From Candidatus Kaiserbacteria bacterium RIFCSPHIGHO2_01_FULL_54_36 (GTDB taxonomy: Bacteria > Patescibacteriota > Minisyncoccia > Phycocordibacterales > UBA2100): DNA of 51,922 nucleotides. The position numbers were made by a program, and so were the translations under genes. Every line of letters begins with the position of its first letter. The first letter of the stretch is position 1. Under the pieces are notes generated by a model, which was not told the origin of the DNA, did not search any database, and saw nothing but the letters and a program-made list of their open reading frames with translations. The stretch lies in the NCBI GenBank assembly GCA_001781105.1, contig MFKV01000031.1, forward strand, positions 1 through 51,922, written 5' to 3'. This document shows, piece after piece, positions 1 to 9,368 of the stretch.

Positions 1-41
1 AATTAGATTACGGGTATGCTCTGCGGATTCGGCGGGGTGGT

Positions 42-515
42 ATGCTGGAGAGTATGAAGAAGGTTCTGTTGTATGGCGTTGGCGCAGTGGTAGGCGTAGG
101 CGTGCTCGCGTTTGCATACTATGCGATCTCTCCGCTATTCATCAACATCAAGGTAGACGAACAAGCGCCCATGCCTTCCCAAGAAACGCAGCAAAAGGAG
201 GAGGTGGTGGCAACTATTGTCGACACCCCGGTTCATCCAGCGAGCGGGACTGTTCGCCTTGTGGAAGCAGACGGCAAAGCCTATGTTCGATATGAGAACT
301 ACAAAACCATCAACGGCCCCGACATTTATGTGTATCTCTCCAAAGACCTCGATGCGAAAGAATTTGTAAACCTCGGTCGTGTACGGGCCACAGAAGGAAA
401 CATCAATTATGAGATCCCCGAAGGAGTGAATGTATCCGATTACAGATACGTGCTCACGTGGTGCAAAGCGTTTGGCGTGCTCTTCAACTCAGCCGAGATA
501 CATCCAGGGGCGTAA
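42..515 (+). CDS. DM13-domain protein with N-terminal membrane anchor
   Basis: 157-aa ORF. Hydrophobic N-terminus, then '...HPASGTVRLVEADGKAYVRYENYKTINGPDIYVYLSKD...', which resembles the DM13 beta-sandwich signature as I remember it. No HMM run. Confidence 0.5.
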   Translation: MLESMKKVLLYGVGAVVGVGVLAFAYYAISPLFINIKVDEQAPMPSQETQQKEEVVATIVDTPVHPASGTVRLVEADGKAYVRYENYKTINGPDIYVYLSKDLDAKEFVNLGRVRATEGNINYEIPEGVNVSDYRYVLTWCKAFGVLFNSAEIHPGA

Positions 516-563
516 CGCCCCGACGAATTCGGCGGGAGATTTATTGTGCTACGCTGAAGACAT

Positions 564-782
564 ATGGAAAACACACCAAATTCGGTTTGCGGCCATGAGG
601 GATGTGGAAAATATTGCAGACGCAGAATGAAGCCATACCACCACCATTCATTCGCGGGAGGGATATGGATCATTGGATGGCTCTTCACCATTGGCTATCT
701 CAAGCTTTCATTTTGGTACAGCGTACTCGCGCTCCTCATCTGGCCCTACTACCTCGGCGCAGCGCTCTCGATCGTGCAGTAA
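564..782 (+). CDS. small integral membrane protein (about 2 TM) with Cys/His-rich N-terminus
   Basis: 72-aa ORF with 'CGHEGCGKYCRRRMKPYHHH' followed by two hydrophobic segments. No recognised family. Confidence 0.4.
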   Translation: MENTPNSVCGHEGCGKYCRRRMKPYHHHSFAGGIWIIGWLFTIGYLKLSFWYSVLALLIWPYYLGAALSIVQ

Positions 783-800
783 TCGTCAAAGGTTCGGCAT

Positions 801-1346
801 ATGCAACTCGTGTTGCCGACAGGGGAATACAAGGATTCGTTCATCGAGGCGGTGAAGGAGTTTCAGGCGGATCCGCAGGCGTCGGACCGGCATAAAACGT
901 ACCGCGAGCTTTCCATAGTCGAGCTTGAAGCCGATTTCGACGCGTATGTCGGGCGCGAACGCGGCTACGCGCGCGGAGAACATCTTCCCGAAGGGTTTAT
1001 ACCGTGGACCGATTACTGGCTTGTCGATGGCGGAAAATTCATCGGGCGCATCAGCGTTCGTCATTACCTGACGGATCACTTGAGGGAAATAGGCGGCCAC
1101 ATCGGCTATGACATCCGCCCGAGCAAAAGAGGGCAAGGGTATGGCAACAAAATACTTGAGCTCGCGCTTCCGAAGGTGCAGGACCTTGGCATCCAAAAAA
1201 TCTTGGTTACTTGCGATGTGACGAATGCGCCTTCGCGCAAGATCATCGAGAAGAACGGGGGCATGCTAGAAAATCAGGTCCCCAATCCTGAAACCGGCAT
1301 CGACAAACTTCGCTATTGGATCGATATCTTCCATCCCAATACTTAG
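801..1346 (+). CDS. GNAT-family N-acetyltransferase
   Basis: 181 aa. Acetyl-CoA motif A 'RPSKRGQGYGNKILELAL' and C-terminal 'NAPSRKIIEKNGG' are typical of GNAT. Confidence 0.75.
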   Translation: MQLVLPTGEYKDSFIEAVKEFQADPQASDRHKTYRELSIVELEADFDAYVGRERGYARGEHLPEGFIPWTDYWLVDGGKFIGRISVRHYLTDHLREIGGHIGYDIRPSKRGQGYGNKILELALPKVQDLGIQKILVTCDVTNAPSRKIIEKNGGMLENQVPNPETGIDKLRYWIDIFHPNT

Positions 1347-1414
1347 GACAAGGACTAAGTATTGGGATGGAAAGTAGCTCGGGGGTTCGATGGGGGATAT
1401 GGTAGGCTCTTTGG

Positions 1415-1954
1415 ATGAGTTGGAGACCATTCATCAAGTTTTGGTTCAAAGAATGCGGCCCCGACCAGTGGTTTTTTAAGAAGCGGAAGGCATTCGACCG
1501 GCTGCTTCGCAAACGATTCCTATCGCTCTACGGGGAAGTGGTGCGGGGCGAGCATGCCGATTGGCGGAAGAGCCCGAAGGGCAGACTCGCAGAGATAATC
1601 ATTGTCGACCAGCTGTCACGCAACATGTTCCGAGGCACGCCGGCCATGTTCGCCTACGACGCGCTCGCCCTCGCGCTTGCGCAAGAAGCGGTGCGTGCTC
1701 GCGCGGACAAGCGTCTGACGAAGTGGGAGAGAGTATTCATGTACCTTCCATTTATGCACTCTGAATCAAAAAAGATACAGCGGGAGTCATTGCGCCTGTT
1801 CAAGTCGATAGGAGACAAACAAAATACGTGGTACGCGAGGGACCATAAAAGAATAGTCGACCGATTTGGCAGATATCCGCATCGGAACTATATTCTCGGC
1901 CGCAAAAGTACGCCAGCCGAGAAGAAATTCATGCAAACACACAAAGGGTATTGA
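1415..1954 (+). CDS. DUF924 family protein
   Basis: 179 aa. 'W...P..RLAEIIIVDQLSRNMFRGT..AFA.D..AL' and the C-terminal 'FGRYPHRN..LGR.ST.EE..F' are the DUF924 hallmarks. Confidence 0.75.
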   Translation: MSWRPFIKFWFKECGPDQWFFKKRKAFDRLLRKRFLSLYGEVVRGEHADWRKSPKGRLAEIIIVDQLSRNMFRGTPAMFAYDALALALAQEAVRARADKRLTKWERVFMYLPFMHSESKKIQRESLRLFKSIGDKQNTWYARDHKRIVDRFGRYPHRNYILGRKSTPAEKKFMQTHKGY

Positions 1955-2303
1955 TTTGCTCGACAAGCCCGCTGCAGGTGACAGAATGGGCCTACACAGA
2001 CCATAACGGAGGTTAGTCGTGAGAACTTGCCGTCACTTCTCGTGGAAGAAACGCCCGGAACCGGGTTCGTGGCGCTCTTGTCGAAGATGCCAAGTACTGG
2101 GCAAGCCGCTGGGAAGCGGAGAGCAGGCAGTAGTTGTCATGGCATGTTGCACTTGGTGCACCATGCCGGCAACGGATTTAAGCGAGGGGTATGCCGCGTG
2201 CTCGCTGCATGCGGACGCAAGCCTCTCCACCTTGTCCGCGCCAGCCATCGAGTAGTACCGCGTCGGGAGCAATTCCGACGCGGCGTCTCTTTGTATTCGG
2301 TGG

Positions 2304-2645
2304 CTAGAGGTCTTTGCCGTTGAAGGGAGTGAACGTGAGGGCATCTATGTCTACCTCGTCGAGGCAGCGGACGTTGATGCACGCTTTTGGGAAGGCAGCG
2401 CCTTCGGCGAATGACTGCACGCCACACGTTTTGCAGAATAGATGGCGGATGGATTTTTTATTGAAATTGTATTCAGAAAGGTTGTCCTCCCCGGAGAGGA
2501 GTTTGAACTTGTCTTTATCAACGAAATTGAGCAGGAGCCCTTTCTTGTGGCAGTGCGAGCAATTGCACACGAGGACTTTTTCCAAGCCGGTCTCTACCTC
2601 ATAGCGCACCGCGCCGCAATGACACCCGCCTGTATACGTAGCCAT
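2304..2645 (-). CDS. GFA/CENP-V family protein (Zn-binding, glutathione-dependent formaldehyde-activating-like fold)
   Basis: 113 aa. 'GGCHCGAVRYEV...CNCSHCHKKG...HLFCKTCG' matches the GFA cysteine pattern. Confidence 0.8.
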   Translation of the reverse strand: MATYTGGCHCGAVRYEVETGLEKVLVCNCSHCHKKGLLLNFVDKDKFKLLSGEDNLSEYNFNKKSIRHLFCKTCGVQSFAEGAAFPKACINVRCLDEVDIDALTFTPFNGKDL

Positions 2646-2773
2646 TGCAATACCGTACCAGACAATTCTGCCCTCAGGATTTCTTCATGGTGGTGGTGTA
2701 TACTCTCTGAACTATTAGTAGCTAGCGCCGCGCTTTAATTGACGATTGCGCGGCATGATTTCGACAAAATCAT

Positions 2774-3133
2774 ATGAAAAAATTCTTGGCGATTTATTTG
2801 GGGAGCATGCACGACGATGCTTTTAAGAAGTGGCAGGCAATGCCGGAAAAAGAGCGCAAAGAGGTAGAGCAGAAGGGAATGGCGGCATGGATGAAGTGGG
2901 GGACGGACCATCAGACTGCGATACTTGATAATGGCTCTCCGCTCGGCAAGACGAAAAAGATAGACAAGGGTGGCGTATCGGATACGAAGAATGCGCTGTC
3001 GGGATGGGCAGTGGTGCAGGCGGAAAGCCACGATGAGGCCGCGAAGCTCTTCGAGAACCATCCGCACTTTACGGTATTCCCTGGAGAATCGATAGAAATT
3101 ATGGAGTGCCTCCCGATGCCGAAGATGGAATAA
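2774..3133 (+). CDS. hypothetical protein (possibly alpha+beta barrel, YCII/Dabb-like)
   Basis: 119-aa ORF with good coding character. The family guess rests only on the 'WAVVQAESHDEAAKLFENHPHF' segment. Confidence 0.4.
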   Translation: MKKFLAIYLGSMHDDAFKKWQAMPEKERKEVEQKGMAAWMKWGTDHQTAILDNGSPLGKTKKIDKGGVSDTKNALSGWAVVQAESHDEAAKLFENHPHFTVFPGESIEIMECLPMPKME

Positions 3134-3137
3134 GGAT

Positions 3138-3527
3138 ATGCGGATCAAGCTCGCGAGTATTCCAGTAGGGGATCAGGACAAGGCGCTGGCGTTTTATACG
3201 GAAATTCTGAGATTCGTGAAAAAGCACGACATCCCTATGGGCGGTCCACGCTGGCTCACCGTCGTCTCTCCCGAAGATCCTGAAGGAACCGAGCTTGTGT
3301 TGGAGCCCAATGCAAGTTATCCGGCGATGAAAGCGCTCAAGGAGTCACTCGTGAAAGACGGGATCCCTATTACCGCATTCCAGGTCGACGACATCCAAAA
3401 AGAGTACGAGCGCCTCAAGGGGCTCGGCGTCGTTTTCAAAAGCGTGCCGAAACAGATGGGACCTGTCTGGGCAGCCGTTTTCGATGACACCTGCGGCAAC
3501 CTCATCCAGATCTACCAAGTGAGCTAA
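3138..3527 (+). CDS. VOC (glyoxalase/bleomycin-resistance/dioxygenase) family protein
   Basis: 129 aa. 'V.D.DKALAFYTEILRF' and 'FDDTCGNLIQIYQ' are typical VOC beta-alpha-beta-beta-beta repeats. Confidence 0.75.
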   Translation: MRIKLASIPVGDQDKALAFYTEILRFVKKHDIPMGGPRWLTVVSPEDPEGTELVLEPNASYPAMKALKESLVKDGIPITAFQVDDIQKEYERLKGLGVVFKSVPKQMGPVWAAVFDDTCGNLIQIYQVS

Positions 3528-3568
3528 TTTGCGTTTTAGCGCTCTGTGGTGCATACTCTGCGGGTTCT

Positions 3569-4024
3569 ATGACAGCAGAAGCGACAGTCCCGTCTTCGCC
3601 CAAGGCTTCGGCGGGCAAGGCAAAAAAGCGCGTACCGCGCGCGAAGACCGTCAAAAAGACGGATGGTGTCACTGCTGTTTCTACACCCGCTCCATCTCGG
3701 ACCAAGAAAGTGGAATCCGCACATCGCCTGCGCATTCGAGTGCGCGCCTATGAGCACGGCGTCTTAGATGGCGCGACCAAGCAGATCATTGATGTTGCCG
3801 CTCGCCACAATGCTGAGGTCATCGGCCCCGTGCCGCTCCCGATAGATATCAAAAAGTACACGGTCAATCGCGCAGCCTTCATCGACAAAGATTCGCGCGA
3901 GCAGTTCGAGATGCGCATCCACAAGCGCATGATCGACATTTTGAATCCCGCACCCAAGGTCATCGAAGCGCTCACCAACATCGATCTTCCGTCCGGTGTT
4001 TCGATAGACGTGAAAATGATGTAG
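3569..4024 (+). CDS. rpsJ: 30S ribosomal protein S10 with ~50-aa Lys/Ala-rich N-terminal extension
   Basis: The C-terminal 100 aa 'LRIRVRAYEHGVLDGATKQIIDVAARHNAEVIGPVPLP...FEMRIHKRMIDI' align with S10. Confidence 0.95.
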   Translation: MTAEATVPSSPKASAGKAKKRVPRAKTVKKTDGVTAVSTPAPSRTKKVESAHRLRIRVRAYEHGVLDGATKQIIDVAARHNAEVIGPVPLPIDIKKYTVNRAAFIDKDSREQFEMRIHKRMIDILNPAPKVIEALTNIDLPSGVSIDVKMM

Positions 4025-4029
4025 ACGCC

Positions 4030-4062
4030 TGCCCCGTTAGAGGCGAAGCTCTCTAATGGGGT
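4030..4062. terminator. 11-bp hairpin between convergent rpsJ and the AsnB-like gene (no U-tract)
   Basis: CCCCGTTAGAG-N-CTCTAATGGGG inverted repeat with one G:U pair. Confidence 0.35.
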
Positions 4063-4080
4063 CAAGATGATGTAACGCGC

Positions 4081-5808
4081 TTACTCGTGCTTACCAAAGA
4101 GCCTACGAAAACTAAGTGGCGTGAAATATCCCCGCAGCATGTATCGCCACGGCGAAGCTTCGAACATCGCTCGTGCGAAAGAGCCGTCGGATCTTGCCCC
4201 ACGTTGGTTCACAAACATCCGCTTAAATATATCGAAATGCATAATGATGTATTTGTTGCGCTCCAAGAGATCGCGATAGGGGTGCGCGGCGACGTACGCG
4301 TCGGAGATGGTCTCTCCAGCAAGGCGTGAGATGTTTCTCTTGGTGGCCTTGAGGTTCTCCTTCGAGCATAGTTTTTCTCGCACGTGTATATCCACGGGGA
4401 GGTCAAGAGAACGGAACGTTTCGCGCAGAAACGGTTTCTCTTCGTTCGCATCGTACTTCTGCGAGCGAGGTAGTGCGCGCGCGATCGCGAGTATAGCCTG
4501 ATCGGCGAAGGGGAACGCCGGCTCGATGCCGAATCGCATCAGCGCCCGCTCTGTCGAGGGGAAAAGCTGCTGCGGCAGATAATCCTCGATAAAGTGCTTG
4601 AATGCCCACGCGTCGATGTTCTCCGGGCTCTTTGGCATGGTCTGTGTGTACGCGCATACGCGGTCGCCCCCGCCTTCCGGGAGTTGCTCGACGCGCCGCC
4701 GCACGGATCCGAATACTTTTCTGCGCGCAAGGAGTGGCATGCCGAGGAGATCGGCACCCGCACCGCTCATTGCGATATCGACCTTGCCCGCTACGCTTTG
4801 TGCGAGCTTATAAATGGTATTCCTCACAATGGGGTCTTCGTACGTAAAAATACTGTCGACGACATCTTCACATGATGCTGCCGTGTTGATAATGATCTCT
4901 TCGTGTCTTGTGCCCGCATGGCGCGCCACGCTGCGTGCCGCGGTAACGTCGGGGAACAACGCATCGTCGGAGAGTGTGAACGTCTTCAGATCTGCGGCAC
5001 CGGCAACCTTCGCAAGTGCGAGGAGGACACTTGAGTCAAATCCTCCTGAAAGGAGAACGCCGACGGAACCGCCCGAATGCACGTAATGGTTCACGTTGCG
5101 CGCTACTGTTTTCGATAGGAGTTCGCGAAGTTCGCTCTCGTCCGTCGGCAACACTTTTTCACTCGCTCCATACGCGCCGATCTCAAGCGCGATCCCGTTG
5201 TCGCGCGTAGTTGCAACGACATGTCCGCCGGCGGGTACGTGTTTGATACCGGTGAAATACGTCGAGTCGCCCACAAGGTGATCGCGGAAGACGAACCGCT
5301 CGTGGAGACTTTCCCGGTCTATGTCTACCAGAGGCGTGTGCGGTAGGATGGCTTTCATTTCTGATGCAAAGAAAAGAGACTCTCCGCCATTGTGGTAGAA
5401 GAGTGGCCGCACGCCGAGCGTGTCGCGCGCGAGGTAGAGCGAGGAACCTTCGGCTATCGCAAGTGCGAAGTTACCCTCAATATAGCGCGGGAAATCCGTC
5501 CCGAAGGCGCGATACAAGCTCAAAACAATCGCCGTATCGTCGTCAGAATTTGGCGCGTGGCCGGCACTCCGCGCAAGCTCAATGAGCTCCGCTTTGTTGA
5601 ACAGGTCCCCATCGAATGCCACAAGAACCTGTTCGCCGTTTTTTGTGAGAACAGTAGGAAAGTGTTTGAAGTGCGGCAGACGTTGGCCGACTGCTGCAAG
5701 TGCGCCAGAGGCCAAGGATTCTTTTATGCCGCGAGGCGCGAGCGCCGCGGACATCCGAACAAGTGTCTTTTTATCGACATGCCCGAAACTCCCGAATATT
5801 CCCGCCAT
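4081..5808 (-). CDS. asparagine synthetase B-family protein lacking the N-terminal nucleophile Cys (starts MAGIFG)
   Basis: 575 aa. It has an Ntn-glutaminase-like N-domain and the PP-loop 'LLSGGFDSSVLLALA'. Residue 2 is Ala instead of the catalytic Cys. Confidence 0.85.
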   Translation of the reverse strand: MAGIFGSFGHVDKKTLVRMSAALAPRGIKESLASGALAAVGQRLPHFKHFPTVLTKNGEQVLVAFDGDLFNKAELIELARSAGHAPNSDDDTAIVLSLYRAFGTDFPRYIEGNFALAIAEGSSLYLARDTLGVRPLFYHNGGESLFFASEMKAILPHTPLVDIDRESLHERFVFRDHLVGDSTYFTGIKHVPAGGHVVATTRDNGIALEIGAYGASEKVLPTDESELRELLSKTVARNVNHYVHSGGSVGVLLSGGFDSSVLLALAKVAGAADLKTFTLSDDALFPDVTAARSVARHAGTRHEEIIINTAASCEDVVDSIFTYEDPIVRNTIYKLAQSVAGKVDIAMSGAGADLLGMPLLARRKVFGSVRRRVEQLPEGGGDRVCAYTQTMPKSPENIDAWAFKHFIEDYLPQQLFPSTERALMRFGIEPAFPFADQAILAIARALPRSQKYDANEEKPFLRETFRSLDLPVDIHVREKLCSKENLKATKRNISRLAGETISDAYVAAHPYRDLLERNKYIIMHFDIFKRMFVNQRGARSDGSFARAMFEASPWRYMLRGYFTPLSFRRLFGKHE

Positions 5809-5895
5809 GAGGGCATTATTTCATATCATAGGTGAAAGCTGCTATACTCTCATGGGGTGCAAATGCACCAGGACAAAGAAGAGAAGGAGAGCGTC

Positions 5896-6897
5896 GTGAA
5901 GAAAACCATCGCAACTCTCGCGGCGCTCCTGATGCTGTGCACGCAGGGCTTCGCGAACGACATCAGGAGCGTGAAGATCATCGCAGGAGGCCCTGCAGGC
6001 ACCGCGACCGATCTGTACGCGCGGCTGCTTGCGCCGCACCTAAGCGCTCACCTGCCGGGCAGACCCGCGATCGTGGTGGAGAACATGACGGGGGCTGCGG
6101 GGAGGATCGCAGCGGCGTTCCTGATCAAACAGGCGCCAAAAGACGGAAGCGTCATCGGGTCGCTCCCGATGCCGTCGGTCATGGCACCGCTCTACGACGC
6201 CGTGTCACCGGGATATGATTCCCGGTCACTTGTGGCGCTCGGGAGCGCAGACAGCGGAACGCGCGTATGCGCCACGACCGCACGCTCCGGCGTGCGTTCA
6301 TTCGCCGAAGTACGCCGGCGAGAAGTGACCGTCGGGGCTGACGGCTATGGGTCGGCGCGCGACATGTACGCGCGCATGCTCAATCGGCTTGCGGGCGGCA
6401 AATTCAAGATCGTGCTGGGCTACCGCGGTTCGTCGGAGGTCTTCCTCGCCATGGAGCGGGGCGAGATCGACGGCATGTGCGGCATGGAGTGGACGAGCCT
6501 TTCCGCCCAGCGCCCCGCGTGGGTGAAAAACGGAAGCGTCTCGTTCATTCTCCAAACGGGTCCGGCACGCGTTCCGCTTGCAGGATTCGGACCGGTCGCC
6601 GATATGCGGGACTACATGAATGCACGAGATACGGAGGTGGCGGAGTTTATAGTTGCCGAACTCGCACTCTCGCGCTTCTTTGCTGTCGCCGCCGGCGTTC
6701 CCCGAGAACGGCTCGTACTCTTGCGGCGCGCGTTCGAAGCGGCAATGCGTGATCCGGCGCTCCTCACCGAGGCCAAGAAGCGCAATCTCACGACTCGGCT
6801 CGTCAGAAGCACCGATGCCGAGCGCATCCTCAAGTCCATTCTTGAAGTCTCCCCCCGCGTCCTCGCGCAAGCGAAGTGGGCGGTGAGCCGGGACTGA
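5896..6897 (+). CDS. tripartite tricarboxylate transporter (TctC/Bug family) substrate-binding protein
   Basis: 'AGTATDLYARLLAPHLSAHLPGRPAIVVENMTGAAGRIAA' and 'GYRGSSEVFLAMERGEIDG' match TctC/Bug. GTG start at 5896 is preceded by GAAGGAGA and followed by a signal peptide. The ORF track extends it to 5857. Confidence 0.75.
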   Translation: MKKTIATLAALLMLCTQGFANDIRSVKIIAGGPAGTATDLYARLLAPHLSAHLPGRPAIVVENMTGAAGRIAAAFLIKQAPKDGSVIGSLPMPSVMAPLYDAVSPGYDSRSLVALGSADSGTRVCATTARSGVRSFAEVRRREVTVGADGYGSARDMYARMLNRLAGGKFKIVLGYRGSSEVFLAMERGEIDGMCGMEWTSLSAQRPAWVKNGSVSFILQTGPARVPLAGFGPVADMRDYMNARDTEVAEFIVAELALSRFFAVAAGVPRERLVLLRRAFEAAMRDPALLTEAKKRNLTTRLVRSTDAERILKSILEVSPRVLAQAKWAVSRD

Positions 6898-6980
6898 GCG
6901 ACGTTCCAATCCAACTGATCATGCCCGGGGCGCAGCTGCCGGGCATGTTTTTTTGTGCAGGCAGCGCTATAGTATCCTGT

Positions 6981-7535
6981 ATGCTCATCATTCTTGGAGG
7001 ATTTTTGGGAAGCGGAAGGAAGATCTTGTCGCGAAAGATCGCTGAGCGGCATGGTTTGTACTTCTACACGATCGCTGACAAGAAGTTGCACTCGTTCTCC
7101 GTCGCGAAGGATGGCGCGATACACGAGCGCATCCAACGGGCAAAGACCGACGACATGCGCATGCGCATTTACGGTCGCGCTATTGCTGAGTTTCCACGTC
7201 TTCGGAAGATGTATCCCGACGTTATTCTCGAGGATGTGTTCCACCGTGCACGACCGCGCGAATATTTCATTGCAGAGGCGCAGAAATATTTTGATAACGT
7301 GATCTTCGTGTGGATCGAGTCTGATGAAGCGTCGGTCGCCGATCGTCTTGCGCTAATGAAGAAAAAAGGACTTATAGACAGTATCGAGACCTCACTGCAC
7401 CGGAGAAGACGGTCAATGGAGAATTTTGAAGAGCTTAAGCCGGGAACATTGAGCTTTTATCACACGAAAAGCGACGATAGGGCCGCGGAGAGGCTTTGGG
7501 ACCTTATTATGAAGCACGCTGGTGACTCAGAATGA
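6981..7535 (+). CDS. P-loop NTPase/kinase-like protein with deviant Walker A (GGFLGSGRK)
   Basis: 184 aa from ATG 6981. A TATAGT box lies 7 nt upstream. The N-terminal 'MLIILGGFLGSGRKILSRKIAERHG' is kinase-like. Confidence 0.5.
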   Translation: MLIILGGFLGSGRKILSRKIAERHGLYFYTIADKKLHSFSVAKDGAIHERIQRAKTDDMRMRIYGRAIAEFPRLRKMYPDVILEDVFHRARPREYFIAEAQKYFDNVIFVWIESDEASVADRLALMKKKGLIDSIETSLHRRRRSMENFEELKPGTLSFYHTKSDDRAAERLWDLIMKHAGDSE

Positions 7536-8628
7536 AGTCGTTGTCAGGCTCGTAATACACGCTCGGCTCAAGATGCTTGTAAAATCGCATCGATTCATCG
7601 ATGAAATCAAAGTAGATCTGTTGGCGCACGACATTGCGCAGTGAGCCGCGTTTTGTTTTACCGTCACGATAATCGGCGTCCTTGGTGTACGCATAGATGA
7701 TATCTTTGCAGGGCCATTTGTAGCTGTTCCAGGTGTCTTTGATGCGTTTGTCGAGATTATGCATGCTCCACAATTGAAAATCATCTGTGCCGTAGAATGA
7801 GAAATATCGCGTATTCACATACTCCCATGTCACCGCACTCGCATTACGCTCAGGGACACAGGTGAGTATGCGCATAAAGGTGTTTTGCCACTTCAGCGAG
7901 AAATTTATCCACCACACGTACGCGAGGTAGCTGCGTATGGGCACCGGCGAGGCCGACATGAGCTTATCGAAAAGATCGAGGTAGAGGTTCGTAATGCCTG
8001 CGTCTTTTGCTATCTCGTTGAAAAAGGTGAACAATACATCGCGCTCATACGGCCTGTGGATGATCTCTTCGCCAAAGCGACGCATGAGGCGCCCCACGGC
8101 TCCGGAGCCGAAGACCTGGTCGTTTTGCTCGCCGCTCACCGTAATGCAGTCCTCTCCGAAGAGATAGGGGTACATCATCGTCGACGCCCGGTCCAATTTT
8201 CCCGCGATGTGATCAGCATAGAAACGAGGATTCTCGGCGATGGATTCATCTGTGAGTAGCACGGTGATGCGTTTTTTCTCCTGTGTAGAAGCCTCCTTGA
8301 GCAGTGAGATCAATACGAGCGTGCTGTCGATGCCGCCAGACCAAAATACATAGATGCGCGTATCAAGTGCCTTTGCGCGAGAGAGAAGATCGCGCGCTCG
8401 TTCATTGCAGATCTCCTCGAATGTCTTTTTGAAAGGGCGCAACTCCGGAATCGGGAAAACGACCGCAGTCCTAATGGGAGTACGTATGGTCCCCGTCCGA
8501 TCGATCGGCACTATTCCGGGCTTAAATAAAGGTCCGAAATACGTGAAGGTAGCCATTCCTGGCAGTACGATATTCTCCGGACGCTTGAGGATGGTCGCGT
8601 TGTACTGGATAAAGCGCGACGCGGTCAT
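7507..8628 (-). CDS. PP-loop (adenine-nucleotide alpha-hydrolase) superfamily protein, unknown specificity
   Basis: 373 aa with an SGGxDS motif in 'RIYVFWSGGIDSTLVLISL'. The rest is unrecognised. Its start overlaps the upstream stop by 4 nt. Confidence 0.6.
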   Translation of the reverse strand: MTASRFIQYNATILKRPENIVLPGMATFTYFGPLFKPGIVPIDRTGTIRTPIRTAVVFPIPELRPFKKTFEEICNERARDLLSRAKALDTRIYVFWSGGIDSTLVLISLLKEASTQEKKRITVLLTDESIAENPRFYADHIAGKLDRASTMMYPYLFGEDCITVSGEQNDQVFGSGAVGRLMRRFGEEIIHRPYERDVLFTFFNEIAKDAGITNLYLDLFDKLMSASPVPIRSYLAYVWWINFSLKWQNTFMRILTCVPERNASAVTWEYVNTRYFSFYGTDDFQLWSMHNLDKRIKDTWNSYKWPCKDIIYAYTKDADYRDGKTKRGSLRNVVRQQIYFDFIDESMRFYKHLEPSVYYEPDNDFILSHQRAS

Positions 8629-9368
8629 GTTAGTTGAGAGGAGTAAGAATCGATCTTTAACTGCTTCATGATCGAAGGGATCTGCGCGGGCTCGCTTGCC
8701 TCTCTCACGAGGTCGAAGTATTTCAGGCGCAGTAATTCAGTTTTTGCGAGATATCCGTCATCGAGCTGTGCCCGAAAAAGGATATTATCCGCCGCCTCTT
8801 TGAACGATATGCTGGCGAGATCGGCATACTGGACCACGTACGGGATCTCCATCACCATCTTCTGATCGTAGTTTGCGTCTTTGAACGCCTGTGCCTGCAT
8901 CCGTTTTATCAGGTAGACAGACTCCTGGAGGGTCATATCCGTGCGCATCGGCTGCCGCAGCGTATTGATCGTGTTGATGATCTCTGCGATCGCACGGCAT
9001 TTGGCCGTCGCAAGGCGTGAGCGCGCTCGAAGCTCGACTGTCACATCGTCGGGTTTTCGCGCAGAGAACCTCCGCTCTTTTTTGTTCCATTCCCACTCGG
9101 GATAGTACTCTGGGTCGCTGCGTGCAAGAAAAAACGGCTCATCGTGTATGAGCGAGGAGCGGTAGTGCGGACTATTTACTCCGAGTTCCCACATCGAATC
9201 CGGCGTGCACTGATGTACGAAGAAACTTGCGGAAACGCCGGGGCTTAGGGTAAGCACAGCACTCGAGTGCAGATCAAGGACAGCATTCCATCGCGCCATA
9301 TTCTCACTATAAACCAATAATACGAACGCGGAACTTGCAGTCTTACTTCTCGTATCCTGTAATGTCAC
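8625..9368 (-). CDS. hypothetical protein (middle gene of a three-gene coupled operon)
   Basis: 247-aa ORF with 4-nt overlaps to both neighbours. No recognisable motifs. Confidence 0.5.
   Translation of the reverse strand: MTLQDTRSKTASSAFVLLVYSENMARWNAVLDLHSSAVLTLSPGVSASFFVHQCTPDSMWELGVNSPHYRSSLIHDEPFFLARSDPEYYPEWEWNKKERRFSARKPDDVTVELRARSRLATAKCRAIAEIINTINTLRQPMRTDMTLQESVYLIKRMQAQAFKDANYDQKMVMEIPYVVQYADLASISFKEAADNILFRAQLDDGYLAKTELLRLKYFDLVREASEPAQIPSIMKQLKIDSYSSQLT

Noticed and set aside
1955-2303. A possible pseudogene in the 349-nt gap between DUF924 and GFA, covered by overlapping ORFs 2033-2344(-), 2027-2323(+) and 2137-2427(-).
   Set aside because: None of the translations shows a recognisable motif, and they overlap each other and the GFA gene. 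I could not support a gene remnant without a database search, so it is left unannotated.
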